NCBI RefSeq assembly: GCF_006345805.1
Contig: NC_043010.1
Span: 62,000,001 to 62,064,000 of the forward strand
Length of the DNA: 64,000 nt
Direction of reading: 5' to 3'
Origin: Octopus sinensis
Taxonomy: Eukaryota
Part shown: positions 37,325-49,611 of the stretch, piece after piece
Layout of the letters: each line of letters begins with the position of its first letter
Numbering within the stretch: the first letter of the stretch is position 1
Position numbers and translations under genes: made by a program
The notes under the pieces: model-generated
Told to the model about the DNA's origin: nothing
Databases searched by the model: none
Seen by the model: only the letters and a program-made list of their open reading frames with translations

Positions 37325-37508
37325 TTAAAATATATAATAGAGAAACAATTCTTAACCCTTTTGATACCAACCTGGCTGTAACCACCTCTGGCTCTGTAGT
37401 ACAAATGTCTTGTTTTCATAAGTTTTGAATTAAAATCTTCCACCAAACCTTAGTCACAATTCATGTCCCTAACACTAGCTTAATGATAACGAAGTTACTT
37501 AACTAAAT

Positions 37509-37915
37509 TACTCTTTACTCTTTTACTTGTTTCAGTCATTTGACTGCGGCCATGCTGGAGCACCGCCTTTAGTCGAGCAAATCGACCCCAGGACTTATTC
37601 TTTGTAAGCCCAGTACATATTCTATCGTTCTCTTTTGCCGAACCGTTAAGTGACGGGGACGTAAACACACCAGCATCGGTTGTCAAGCAATGCTTGGGGG
37701 ACAAACACAGACACACAAACATATACACACACATACATATATATACATATATACGACAGGTTTCTTTCAGTTTCCGTCTACCAAATCCACTCACAAGTCA
37801 TTGGTCGGCCCAGGGCTATAGCAGAAGACACTTGCCCAAGGTGACACGCAGTGGGACTGAACCCGGAACCATGTGGTTGGTAAACAAGCTACTTACCACA
37901 CAGCCACTCCTGCGC
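37509..37915 (-). mobile_element. SINE family 'B', full length, truncating the second MITE
   Basis: Tail TTACTCTTTACTCTTTTACTTG to head CACAGCCACTCCTGCGCCTA. Confidence 0.85.
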
Positions 37916-38404
37916 CTAAACAAAACATGAAGATAAATTCTCTAAACCCTTGAAAGAGAAGCTGAAGAGAAGCTCATCTCACCATGAGACGGGAGGTGAG
38001 TGAGCACCCACCGCTGACTGACAGGTGTAGAACATTTAGAAGTATGTGATTGGGTTTTTTATGAATGAGAACAGGGCAATGAGCTGAGCAGAACTGGTGC
38101 ATGACACACCTGGCCCCTGACAAGCAGTTCTACAGTTTGTGGGAGAAAAGAAATAAAAGGATCAGAGTGAGAGGAATTGCTATTGACACTGACCCCTGAT
38201 TTGTTGTCATCTTTTGTGGAAAGGATGAGCAGGTGTAGAGAGAGGGGGGCGGGGCGGTGGCTGAACACCTCCCTTTACATTATTATTGTTATTTGTTTTA
38301 TCAAAGTGCTAACAACAGTTTCCTGTGGTGTAAAGTATCAGTTGTGCTGTGGGAAGGGGATGGTAAATGTGAGTGTGCAATAGACAAAGCCAAACAAAAG
38401 CTAC

Positions 38405-38439
<35 letters not shown>

Positions 38440-39559
38440 AATAGGCCGTGTATGAGAGAGTAGGGTGTGTGTGTGTGTAGATGTTCAGCTGCCATTGGTA
38501 TTCATAGGTGTGTGTGTGTGCACATAGATATGGAGTTTTTTTCCAGACTATGTTCTTAACTTTCTTTGTAAAAGATATGTAACCGTATATACTGGATATG
38601 GGTGTTGTCAACTGTATAATATCACGTGCTTGTCAAGCGAATTTATCACTGAAATGGTGTTTGGTGTGTTATGGTGGACAATGATCAGAGAGCAGGACAG
38701 AGAGAAGCCGAGAAGATACAGAAAAAAGATTGGGGTTTAGGCAAAGGAAGGAGACGGGAATTAGGGATGAAGAAAGGAGAAGAGAAAGGAGGGAAAAAGG
38801 AGATTGATTAATGCAAGAAATAAAGCTTAGGAGGTGATCGTCTGATGAACGAAGAAGCTGAAGCGAAAAGGGAAAGAATGAGAATTATCAATGAAGAAAG
38901 GAGGCAAAATATTAACGATGATGATAGGTAAGGGGCAAGAATATTTTGCACAAGCCAGAAATGAGGAAACGGGTTAGAATGGGAAAATACGACCAAAGAG
39001 AATACGGCAAGATTATCCAAGAAATTAATCTAAGAATCATAAAGGAAAGGACAGGATGTTATTGTCAAGCAGGGGAAATGTTTATGGAAGACATAAAATT
39101 GGTCATGGAACCTCCATGCGGACTGTTAATGATTATCATTATCTATATTATACTAAATTGTTATCTGTATTATACTAAAACTCAAAATTTGTCTGTTTTC
39201 TTGCTATTTGATTAAGATGATAAAGATTACAAATAAAATAGTCATTTCCCCCTTTAAGAAAAAAAAATCTAGTTGAAAAATGTCGACACTTGAAAGAGTT
39301 GTCTCAGCTACCGACGTTCGTCTTTTTTTCTTTGCGAGTGCTGTAGACTTGAAAGATAGAAATTCTCCCTATATTTCTATGAGATATTTTTTGAATCACA
39401 AGTATTTAAATTTTTTTTTTTTTCTTAAAGGGGAAAACTACTATTTTGTTTAAAATAAAATATTAATCCTTATCATTTTAATCAAAAGGCAGAAAAGAAA
39501 AGAAAAAAAAAAACACAGAGATTATCTCTTTATAGATGAAGACCAGATGCAATGGGGGG

Positions 39560-40520
39560 AAGATGAATCGCATGAGAATGGAAAAACAAGTAACAAATGG
39601 GCTGTACGTTATAATGCTCCTTCAATGTTGAAAGAAGGTTGCTTTGGTGAGGTCAATTAAGTACGTCATCAAGTACATTCTGAAGGGAAATGACCAAGCT
39701 GCTGTTCAAATGAACAGTGATAATGAAATTAGTCAATGTTTAATGGGTTACGTACATTGGACCATCTGAAGCAGTTGCATCCATTTTAGGATTTTCAATT
39801 CATGAAAGAGCACCTGTAATAGTGAGACTGCAAGTTCAATTACCAGATGAACCAAGAATATTGCTCAGAAATTATGAGGATAGATGTGGCTGCCGATGAG
39901 CGACAGAAGAGGAAAACATTGACAGAATTCGTTTAATTTTTGTGCAGCCTTGATGACTTTGCAAAAACATTACTTTATGCTGAAGTACCCGTGTATTTTA
40001 CTACTTGGAATGTGGAGGCGCAATGGCCCAGTGGTTAGGGCAGCGGACTCGCGGTTTCGATTCCCAGACCGGCAGGGATGGTGGTGATCCCTGCTGTACT
40101 CTTTCAACACAACTTTCTCACACTCTTACTTCCTGTTTCTGTTGTACCTGTATTTCAAAGGGCCGGTCTTGTCACTCTCTGTGTCACGCTGAATATCCCC
40201 GAGAACTACGTTAAGGGTACACGTGTCTGTGGAGTGCTCAGCCACTTACACGTTAATTTCACGAGCAGGCTGTTCCGTTGATCGGATCAACCGGAACCCT
40301 CATCGTCGTAACCGACAGAGTGCTTCCATCCACTACTTGGAACAGTAGTAACAAAGAATGAGCAAAGAAGATGGCAAGGAATAAAAAGTTGAAGGTAATT
40401 TGAACGTTTTCAAAGGAGAAACACTTGGTCATCTTTTTGTTGTCACACCAAAGGCAGGAGAACTTTATTATTTAAGAATTTTGTCGTATGAGGTTTAAAA
40501 TGGTACTTTTTCATTTCTCA
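39560..40520 (+). pseudogene. Helitron Rep/helicase fragment (region between Rep and helicase), frameshifted
   Basis: SIKYVIKYILKGNDQA..DNEISQ../YIGPSEAVASILGFSIHERAPVIVRLQVQL../FAKTLLYAEVPVYFT/TW../TLGHLFVVTPKAGELYYLRIL matches the recalled Helitron pattern SIKY..KY..KG.D, YISS.EA.WRI.GF.IH, LLY.EVP.Y.TW, ECFYLR.LL. Confidence 0.8.
40011..40331 (+). mobile_element. SINE family 'C' (internal deletion) inserted in the Helitron
   Basis: TSD ACTACTTGGAA at 40000-40010 and 40332-40342. Confidence 0.9.
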
Positions 40521-41084
40521 TTGCGCATCAACATTTTCAACTTGGAATGGTTGACCCAACAGGTCACGTCGGGTACATCTTGTTACTATTATTCCTGCAA
40601 AATGCTTAGTGGTATTTCGTCTGTCTCCATATTCTATGTTCAAAATTCCGCCAAGGTCAACTTTCATCCTTTCGGGGTCGATAAATTAAGCACCAGAGAA
40701 ACACAGGGGTCGAGTAATCAACTAGTCCTTTCCCCAAAAATTTCAGGCCTTGTGACTATAGTAGAAAGGATTATTATTATTATTCTTACTATTATTAAGG
40801 TGGCAAAGCTGACAGGATCATTAGCATACAAGGTGAAATACTCAGAGTATTTCATCTGTCTTTACATTCTGAGTTCAAATGCTGCTGAGGTTGACTTTGC
40901 CTTTCATCCTTTCAGGGTCAATGGAATAAGGACCGGTTGAGCACTGGGGTCAGTGTCATTGACAATCCCCCTCCCCGAACATTGCTGGCCTTGTGCCTGT
41001 AGTAGAAAGGGTTATTATGATTATTAAGGTTGTGAGTCAGCAGAATCACTCATTAGATAAAACGCATAACAGCATTTCTTTAGA

Positions 41085-41435
41085 AAATTACTATTTTAAA
41101 ATCCCACAATGAGAGATATTCAGCAATAGTACTTTGGAGTAAAGATCGTTTGCCAACATAACATGGCAGTCCTGGTTTAGGACGAATGTTGCTGTAATTT
41201 AGCCCCAGGAGACAGTCTCCAGCTGGCTATGTGATACGATCTGTGTCCTTATATTTTCAAACAAAGGCATTTAGCACCCCCACTCAGCTCAAAACAATAT
41301 CTGTGTATCATGATTTCCAGGTTATTTTCCTTCATCAGCACAGAATAATTGCTTGGCTAGAGGTGGCACTACCAAATTCCCATTCAAAATATTAAGTTTT
41401 CAAAGTGACAACTAGTCACTGATCTATAAATTAGA
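41085..41435. mobile_element. Long-TIR MITE family 'I', rearranged copy
   Basis: Shares CCAACATAACATGGC.GTCCTGGTTTAGGA.GAATGTTGCTGTAATTTA with 30500-30640; its flanks are reverse complements of 30690-30790. Confidence 0.6.
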
Positions 41436-41589
41436 AAATTTCTTTTGACTTAACATTCTGAGTTCAACTTTTCGCTTCATCATTTCAGGGTCCATAAAAT
41501 ATGTAGCAGTCAAGCCCTGGGGTCTATGTACTCGATTAGTCTCCTCCCATACAATTTCAGGCCTTGTGCCTATAACAGAAAGTATCATT

Positions 41590-42062
41590 ATTATTCAGTA
41601 GTCATATTTTTGTAATGTGCTTTCACTGTATTACCAAGTGCAGCTCTGTGTGCCTTGGGTATGTGCTGTGATTTGTTGTGATGCTCTGATGGTTACTGTA
41701 TTGAAAGTGTTTTGCGTAGAATGTGTGCAGTGCCTAGTAGTGCTATTCTCTGTATGTTATATATATTTGTAAGTCCTGGTGTTTTTGTTATGTATTTGTC
41801 TGAATATTTTTTTATCATATCTAATGCATCCACTATGATAGGAATTGTTTCTGTTTTTAGATTCCACATTCGAGTTACCTCTATATCCAGGTCTTTGTAA
41901 TTTGAAAGTTTCTCCATTTCTTTTAGAGAAACATTGTCATCTGTTGGTATTGATACATCAATTAGAAAGCATTTTTTTCTTCATGATCTCTGACAACTAT
42001 ATCTGGCCTGTTGGCCTTAATTTCTCTATCTGTGTGTATTGGTATATCCCATAGTATTGTTG
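41590..42062 (-). mobile_element. RLE-type non-LTR retrotransposon 3' end (R4/Dong-like)
   Basis: TILWDIPIHTDREIKANRPDIVVRDHE/CFLIDVSIP..KEMEKLSNYKDL..RMW..TIPIIV..ALLGTAHILRK: PD-(D/E)xK restriction-like endonuclease, one frameshift in an A-run, (TAA)n tail. Confidence 0.85.
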
Positions 42063-42510
42063 CTTATCATTATTATTAAGGGTAGTGAACTGGTAGACTT
42101 GTTAGTATCTTCAACAGGAGTCTTAACAGCATTACATCTGTCTTCAAGCTCTGAGTCCAAATGTGGCTAAGGTTGACTTTGCCATTCATCTTTCCAGACC
42201 CAATGAAATAAGTACCAGTTGAACACTAGGGATGGATTAATTGACCCCTCAAAACTGCTGGCCTTGTGCCAAAATTTAGAAATAATAATAATTATTATTA
42301 CAAATAAAAAGAAAAACATATAAAGAAAAAATACAATAAATGAAATAAAGAAATCAACAACATCATCAATATTGTTATTATTATTATTATCATTATTATT
42401 ATTATAAGTATCAGTGTTGCATCAGCTAATACAGGGTCCTAGATATCCCAGGTGCCATGTTGTAGGCAATAATATTTATTTCATTTCAGACAGGGCTTCA
42501 ATTAAAATAT

Positions 42511-42558
<48 letters not shown>

Positions 42559-43877
42559 TTTCACATATACAAATATACAGTAATACAATTGCAGCATATT
42601 TATGTGTGTATATACATACATATATATGCATGTATATATACATACATATATATAATGTATGTATGTATGTATACATGTACTTATGTGTATGTGTGTTTAT
42701 CTGTATGTATATATATATATATGTTTAGATAACTGTATATATATGCATGTATGTATGTATGTAGACATGTAACTTTGTATGTACATATGTATGCATGTAT
42801 ATAAACAAATGATATATTTGTCAAGTACCAAAGTATTCAATACCTCTCCATAGTAGTAGTATGTGTGTGTGTGTGTATCATATGAATGTCTCTGCGTTCG
42901 TGTAAATAGAATGTCCCATAAATAAGGCAGTATTTAGCACTGATCTGTAATTGAAACCTGACAGACTTATGGGACACATGTATATGTAAATCCACCCATA
43001 CGCACATATATAGATAAATATATCTATATATATATATATATACATATATCCACACACATATATAAATATATCTATATATACATATATATACACACACGCA
43101 TAAATGTCTATATATACATACACACATATATATATATATATATACATACAATATATATATACATATATATAATGTACATACAATATGTATATATACATAT
43201 ATATAATATACATTAAATATATATATACATATATATATATATACACACACACATATATATATATACACACATATATATAAATATATCTGTATATACATAT
43301 ATATATACAAACACACACATATAAATATATCTATACATACATATATATATATACATACATATATATATCACATAGATATGATGGTGTATATACATATATA
43401 TATGGATGTAGGTATGACCTTTTGCTCACATGTATACATATATAAATATCCAAACACATATGCACAGATGTGAAGGAGTTGATGCATGTTCACCATGATA
43501 TTAACATCGAAAAAGTAGCACTCAATTCAGAAATTGGAGTGCTATTTTAATTCAAAAGCTGAAACTTAATGATCGCCAGCTTCAAATGAATTTTATATAC
43601 ATGCATTCTTACATATATATATACATGCATACACACATACATATCTGTATGTACACACATAATATATTACACACACACACATATATATATACTGGTCAGC
43701 TATTTAATGTGGTTTATATATATATATACATATATTGTATGTATCTGTACATACATGTGTAGATATACGTATGTATATACATATACAATATATAAACTAC
43801 ATACTTATATATATATATACACACTTATATATGGAATATATAATTATTAATATATACATATATTTGGGTATACACCT

Positions 43878-43921
<44 letters not shown>

Positions 43922-44923
43922 TATATTGTATGTATCTGTGCATACATCTATAGATATATGTATGTATATACATATATAATATATAAATTACATATACATA
44001 TATATACATATATAATACATAAATTACATATACATATATAAACATAAATTACATATACATATATATATATATATAATACATAAATTACATATACATATAT
44101 ATATATATATATAATATATATATATAGACAGATAGATAGGTAGAAGGATATGTGTAGATACACACACATGTCTATGTATGTATGTTTGAGAATATATAAG
44201 TATATATATATATATGTATCTATGAACATATGCCTATCTGCAAGCATGTGTGTGTACATGCAGTATGTGTATATGTGAACATGTGTGTATGCATTTATCA
44301 TTGCTGAACCCCCTCCTGACCTACCCATATATTTACACATAATATGGTCATACAGTCTGTATACAAATATATGCGTGTGTATGTATGTGTGTGTGTGTGA
44401 GGTGTATATAAATATATAGTCATGCCAAGTTTATGTATATATGTATATATATATATATATATATCATAAGTCACAAACTACTTGCGATTAGTGTCCAAAG
44501 AAAATCACAACCTATTTGTCCAGTGTCCGCAGAATATTTCTGTGACCTCTTGACCTTTTCTGCTGGTCTTTCTACAAGCAGCTCTTGTCTTTCTTGTTCC
44601 CCTGCTTCTCCTCTCATCACCATCAACACCACCGACACCAACACCATCATCTTAGCTACCATCACCAACACCATCACCATCACCATCACCATCATCATCA
44701 TAAGCTCCAACCACATGATCCTCTCAACTCCAGAATTGTTTTACTGTTATGATTTCTATTGCCCTTGTGGTAAATAAAGAAAATGACTTGATTATTGTTT
44801 CTCCTTTGTTTTTGTGCTGCCCTAAACGTTTTTGCAGCCCTTGAGGCTAATAAGGAGAGAATTATTATCATTATTATGAGTTTGTGACCTGACAGAACCG
44901 TTAAGGTGGTGTGTATATGTATG

Positions 44924-44974
<51 letters not shown>

Positions 44975-45324
44975 CATACATACATGCACACACATACAGT
45001 AATGTTGCTAAGCCCTAATTATAATTGTTTATAATTATAATAATTTTTGTCTATATATATTATATATATATATACAAATATATTTACCAAATAATTGTCA
45101 CATATTACATTTATATATATATACACACATCATCATGTATATATAATATATATGTATACATTCTGCCTGTCAGTCTCACTGAGGTCAACTCGGCCCTTCA
45201 TTCTCAGGAGCTAATAAAACAAAGTATCGGTCAAGAATTGGGGTCAATATAATTGGCTATCAATTCCCTAACAAAAAACAAAAAAATTACAAGCTTTAAG
45301 CCCCAAATTTGAAACAATTATTCC

Positions 45325-45360
<36 letters not shown>

Positions 45361-46324
45361 GGCAGAATTGTTAGCACACTGTACAGAATGCTTAACGGCA
45401 TTTCGTCCGTCCTAAAGACATTCTGAGTTCAAATTCTGCCGGGGTCAACTTTGCCTTTCATCCTTTTGGGGTTGATGAAGTTGAGTACCAGTTACTTACT
45501 CAAGAGGATGCAATTGACCCTCCCCCTCTCCCAAATTTCAGGCCTTGTGCCTATAATAGAAAGAATTATTATTATTATTATTATTACCATTCAGTCAAAT
45601 ACTGGAGTCAATGAACTCCCAGCCCTCAAAATGGTCACCCTAAATTAAAACCAAAATAGAAAGTATTATTATTATTGTTATTATTATTATTACTATTACC
45701 ATTAAGTCAAATACTGGAGTCAGTGAACCCCCAGCCCTCAAAATTGGTCACCTTGTACCCTAAATTAAGACCACTTATTATTCATTCATCTGTGGTTATG
45801 TCTCTTATTCTGTGCTGGGCATGGGTTAGATGAATACATTATAGAGGTACTATTTTACAACCGGATGCCTTTCCTGCCACTGACCCTTATCTGTTTTCCA
45901 AGTAAGCCAATGGATGATTTATTGACAGGTTAAATGACAACAATGTCACCATTTGAAGCTCAGCAGTTTATGAAGATGCACAGATGTGAACAATCACACA
46001 GGCACATATAAATATACATACACACACATATTCATAGATTTGTATATATAAATATAGATACATGTATACACACATAGACATACATATATGTGTGTACTTG
46101 TCTCATTCTATCCTTCATGTTCACTCATTCATACCCCAGTCGCAAAAAGTTACTGGGGTATGAATTCAACAGATCATCAAGGTATCAAAATTGTGATGAT
46201 TTCTGGTAGATAATCGATGAGGGGTGAGCATGTCCACATCCATTGTATTGTTTCTGCTTGTTAAATGTCCTTTCAGCATGATCCTGTGCTACATCTTACT
46301 GTATATATATATATATATATATAT

Positions 46325-46700
46325 TCTTGTACTTGTTTCAGTCATTTGACTGTGGCCATGCTGGAGCACCACCTTAAGTTAAACAAATCGACCCAGGACT
46401 TATTCTTTGTAAGCCTAATACTTATTCTATCGGTCTTTTTTGCTGAACCGCTAAGTTACGAGGATGTAAACACAACACTGGTTGTCAAGCAATGGTGGGG
46501 TGGGGGAATAAACACACACACATATATATATATACTACACGCTTCTTTCAGTTTCTATCTACCACATTCACTCACAAGGCTTTGGTCGGCCCAAGGCTAT
46601 AGTAGAGGACACTTGCCCAAGGTACCATGCAGTGAGACTGAACCCGGAACCACGTGGTTGGGAAGCAAGCTTCTTACTACACAGCCTCTCCTGCACCTAT
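46325..46700 (-). mobile_element. SINE family 'B'
   Basis: Reverse complement of the consensus; a further head lies at 46740-46900. Confidence 0.8.
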
Positions 46701-46919
46701 ACATATTTTTATATATTCAAATACATACAGAAAAACAGTGGGCTTCAAACAGCTTCTGTCAAGCAAATCCACTCACAAGACTTTGGTGGGCCTGGGGCTA
46801 CAGAAGGATACTGTAAAATCTTATGGTACCACACAATGTAATTGAACCTGAAACCATGTGGATACAAAGGGAACTTCTTAACTACCAAGCTATGCCTGCA
46901 CCACATCATTATTATCACT

Positions 46920-47340
46920 ATTATTATTATTGAGTGAGAGAGCAGCCCAGTATACCCATCTAATAAGGGTGCACCAGGCACATGCATCACAACCATATGT
47001 GCAAGACATGGTGATCTCATATCAAGATAGACAGCACATGACCTTGCAGGCAGGGGCCCAGTTAAAATTTTCTTCAGGTCGAGTAGCCCATCCCACTCAA
47101 AAGGTCCCTGAATAAGGGTTGTTTAAGGATATTGAACAAAACACCCATGTTTCCAGAGATGAATTATCCACACCCCAAAGAATCCCTCTCAACACATGGC
47201 TATGATGCTCCCCCAATACTTCTGCTCATGATCAGAGATGCACATATCGTCAGCCACTAAGGGACATGCTCAACTGGTTAAGGTCAAGCAACTGACAAGC
47301 AAATCTGTGGTACTGAGCAGAATATTTGCTGTAGTCCATC
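46920..47340 (-). mobile_element. Family 'E' retroposon
   Basis: Colinear with 323-1065. Confidence 0.7.
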
Positions 47341-47384
47341 TTTTTATTATTATTATTATTATTTTTATTATTATTATTATTATT

Positions 47385-47680
47385 ATTCTATGTTTGACTT
47401 TTGCTTTATGTTTGTACAAGTTAGCTCCAAGTCTCACCCAGAGACCTCAAGAGACAACAAGTTGGAAGTTCAGATTGGTGTTATGCCTAGTGTGCCATAT
47501 ATTTGGTTTTGTATTTAGCGTTGTACTAGTGAATGCCTAAAAAAAACATATGAAAATTGTTTGTTTTAAAACTTGAGATTACATAGAAAGTATTTTGCAC
47601 AGGATATGAGCAGTTCCCATGAGCACTTATCTTTTGAATTTCTGCCATTTTGGGGTTTCCCAGTATCTGAGTTAGGTAGT
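47385..47680 (-). mobile_element. Second R4/Dong-like 3' end
   Basis: Minus strand YLTQILGNPKMAEIQK/VLMGTAHILCKILSM* followed by a UTR and (TAA)n. Confidence 0.65.
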
Positions 47681-48093
47681 AATCAGCCCCCTTTTGCTAT
47701 TATTATTATTATTATTATCATCACTACTACTACTACTACTACTACTACTACAATTATGACTACTAGTAAAACTGCTGCTTCAGCTGGTGTGAGTGTCCTT
47801 GTGTTGGTGTAGAGAGATGGTGATGTGGTGGATAGGATGGGTTGCCAGAGTATTTGAATTTCAGTTGCATGGTTGCACAAGTGACTACAGTTCAAATCCT
47901 GTCAAATCAAACTTGGTCTTTATATATTATATATACATAAATATATATATACATATATATATACATAAATATATATATACATATATATAACATAAATATA
48001 TATATACATAAATATAACATACATATATATATACATAAATATATACATACATAAATATATACATACATATATATTACATACATATATATATAC

Positions 48094-48150
<57 letters not shown>

Positions 48151-48151
48151 C

Positions 48152-48218
<67 letters not shown>

Positions 48219-48324
48219 CATATTATATATATATACATATATATATACATATATATATATATATACATATATATATACATATATATATATATATACATAT
48301 ATATATACATACATATATATATAT

Positions 48325-48356
<32 letters not shown>

Positions 48357-48666
48357 CATACATATATATATACATACATATATATACATATATATATACA
48401 TATATATATATACTATATATATATATACATACATACATATATATATATATATACATATGGGGAGAGAGAGTATCACTGAGGAGTGGGGAGAGGAGATGGA
48501 TGTTGTGGGTGGGGAGAAGAGGCTGATGGCAGAGTGGAGAGAGAGGATGGGGTTGGTTGGTTGGTTGGCATTGATTAAATATAATATACCAGTAATATAC
48601 TGGGTGTCACTATACAGAACTGACTGCCCTCGTTCTTCGAGACAGAAATTTACATCATCATCATCA

Positions 48667-48697
<31 letters not shown>

Positions 48698-48823
48698 CAA
48701 CATTAACAACATTGTCATCATCACAATCATCATTATTATTATTATTATTATTATTATGCTTGCTGTTGTGTTGTGAACATCATCATCATCATCAATATGA
48801 TTATTAACATTATTATTACTGTG

Positions 48824-48856
<33 letters not shown>

Positions 48857-49611
48857 TATAATAGTAATCTCATTGTTGTTGGCTTTGTGCCACACTAAGG
48901 AATCATCGTCCTCATTATTATTATTATTATCATCATCATCATCATCGTTTTTCATTTTTTTTCCCTTTATTTGCAGTTTTGTAAAAATTCTCGGTTTTCT
49001 TTCCCAGTTCATGTTCCTGTGTCTGTCTGTCAGTCACCCCCGTCACCCACCACCACACCACCACCACCACCGCCACCACACCACCACACTGTCCCACTGC
49101 ACCCACCACCGCTGCCACACCCCGTGTGTCACCGTAGACTTGCCCATACTCCAGCATTAGCAGTCGTAACATTATCACTAATAGCAACGATCGATGCACA
49201 AGTCTACCTTGTAGCTGCAGTGTGCTGCAGTTGCTGTTTTTGTTTAGCCCTAGGTGACACTGGATCCAGCACAACTGTGATCAGAAACCTTTCAACCACA
49301 ACATTCTTCGTCATTTTTTTTCTTTTTAACACAGTCTATCTAGGACTACATCAGTCAATATGTCCTTCCTTCCTCTGATTATTTTTTTGCTGTTTTCTTT
49401 TTATAAAATGAGTGTGATTTGAGGAAGGATCTACTGCTATTTTTAGCAGGTTGAGTCACCACACTGAGGTACTTTCATTTACCAAAAGGTGGTGAGCTGT
49501 GGGGCAGCATGGGATGTCGTGTCACAGGACACAGTGTAACGTAGTGTTGTATCATGGTGTGACAGGGTGTGACACAGGCTGTTTATAGGGTTGTCCCAGC
49601 CCCCTTTCACA

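Noticed and set aside
45585-45775. ~110-bp tandem duplication
   Set aside because: A local duplication of decayed SINE 'A' 3' sequence with a (TAT)n spacer; ordinary.
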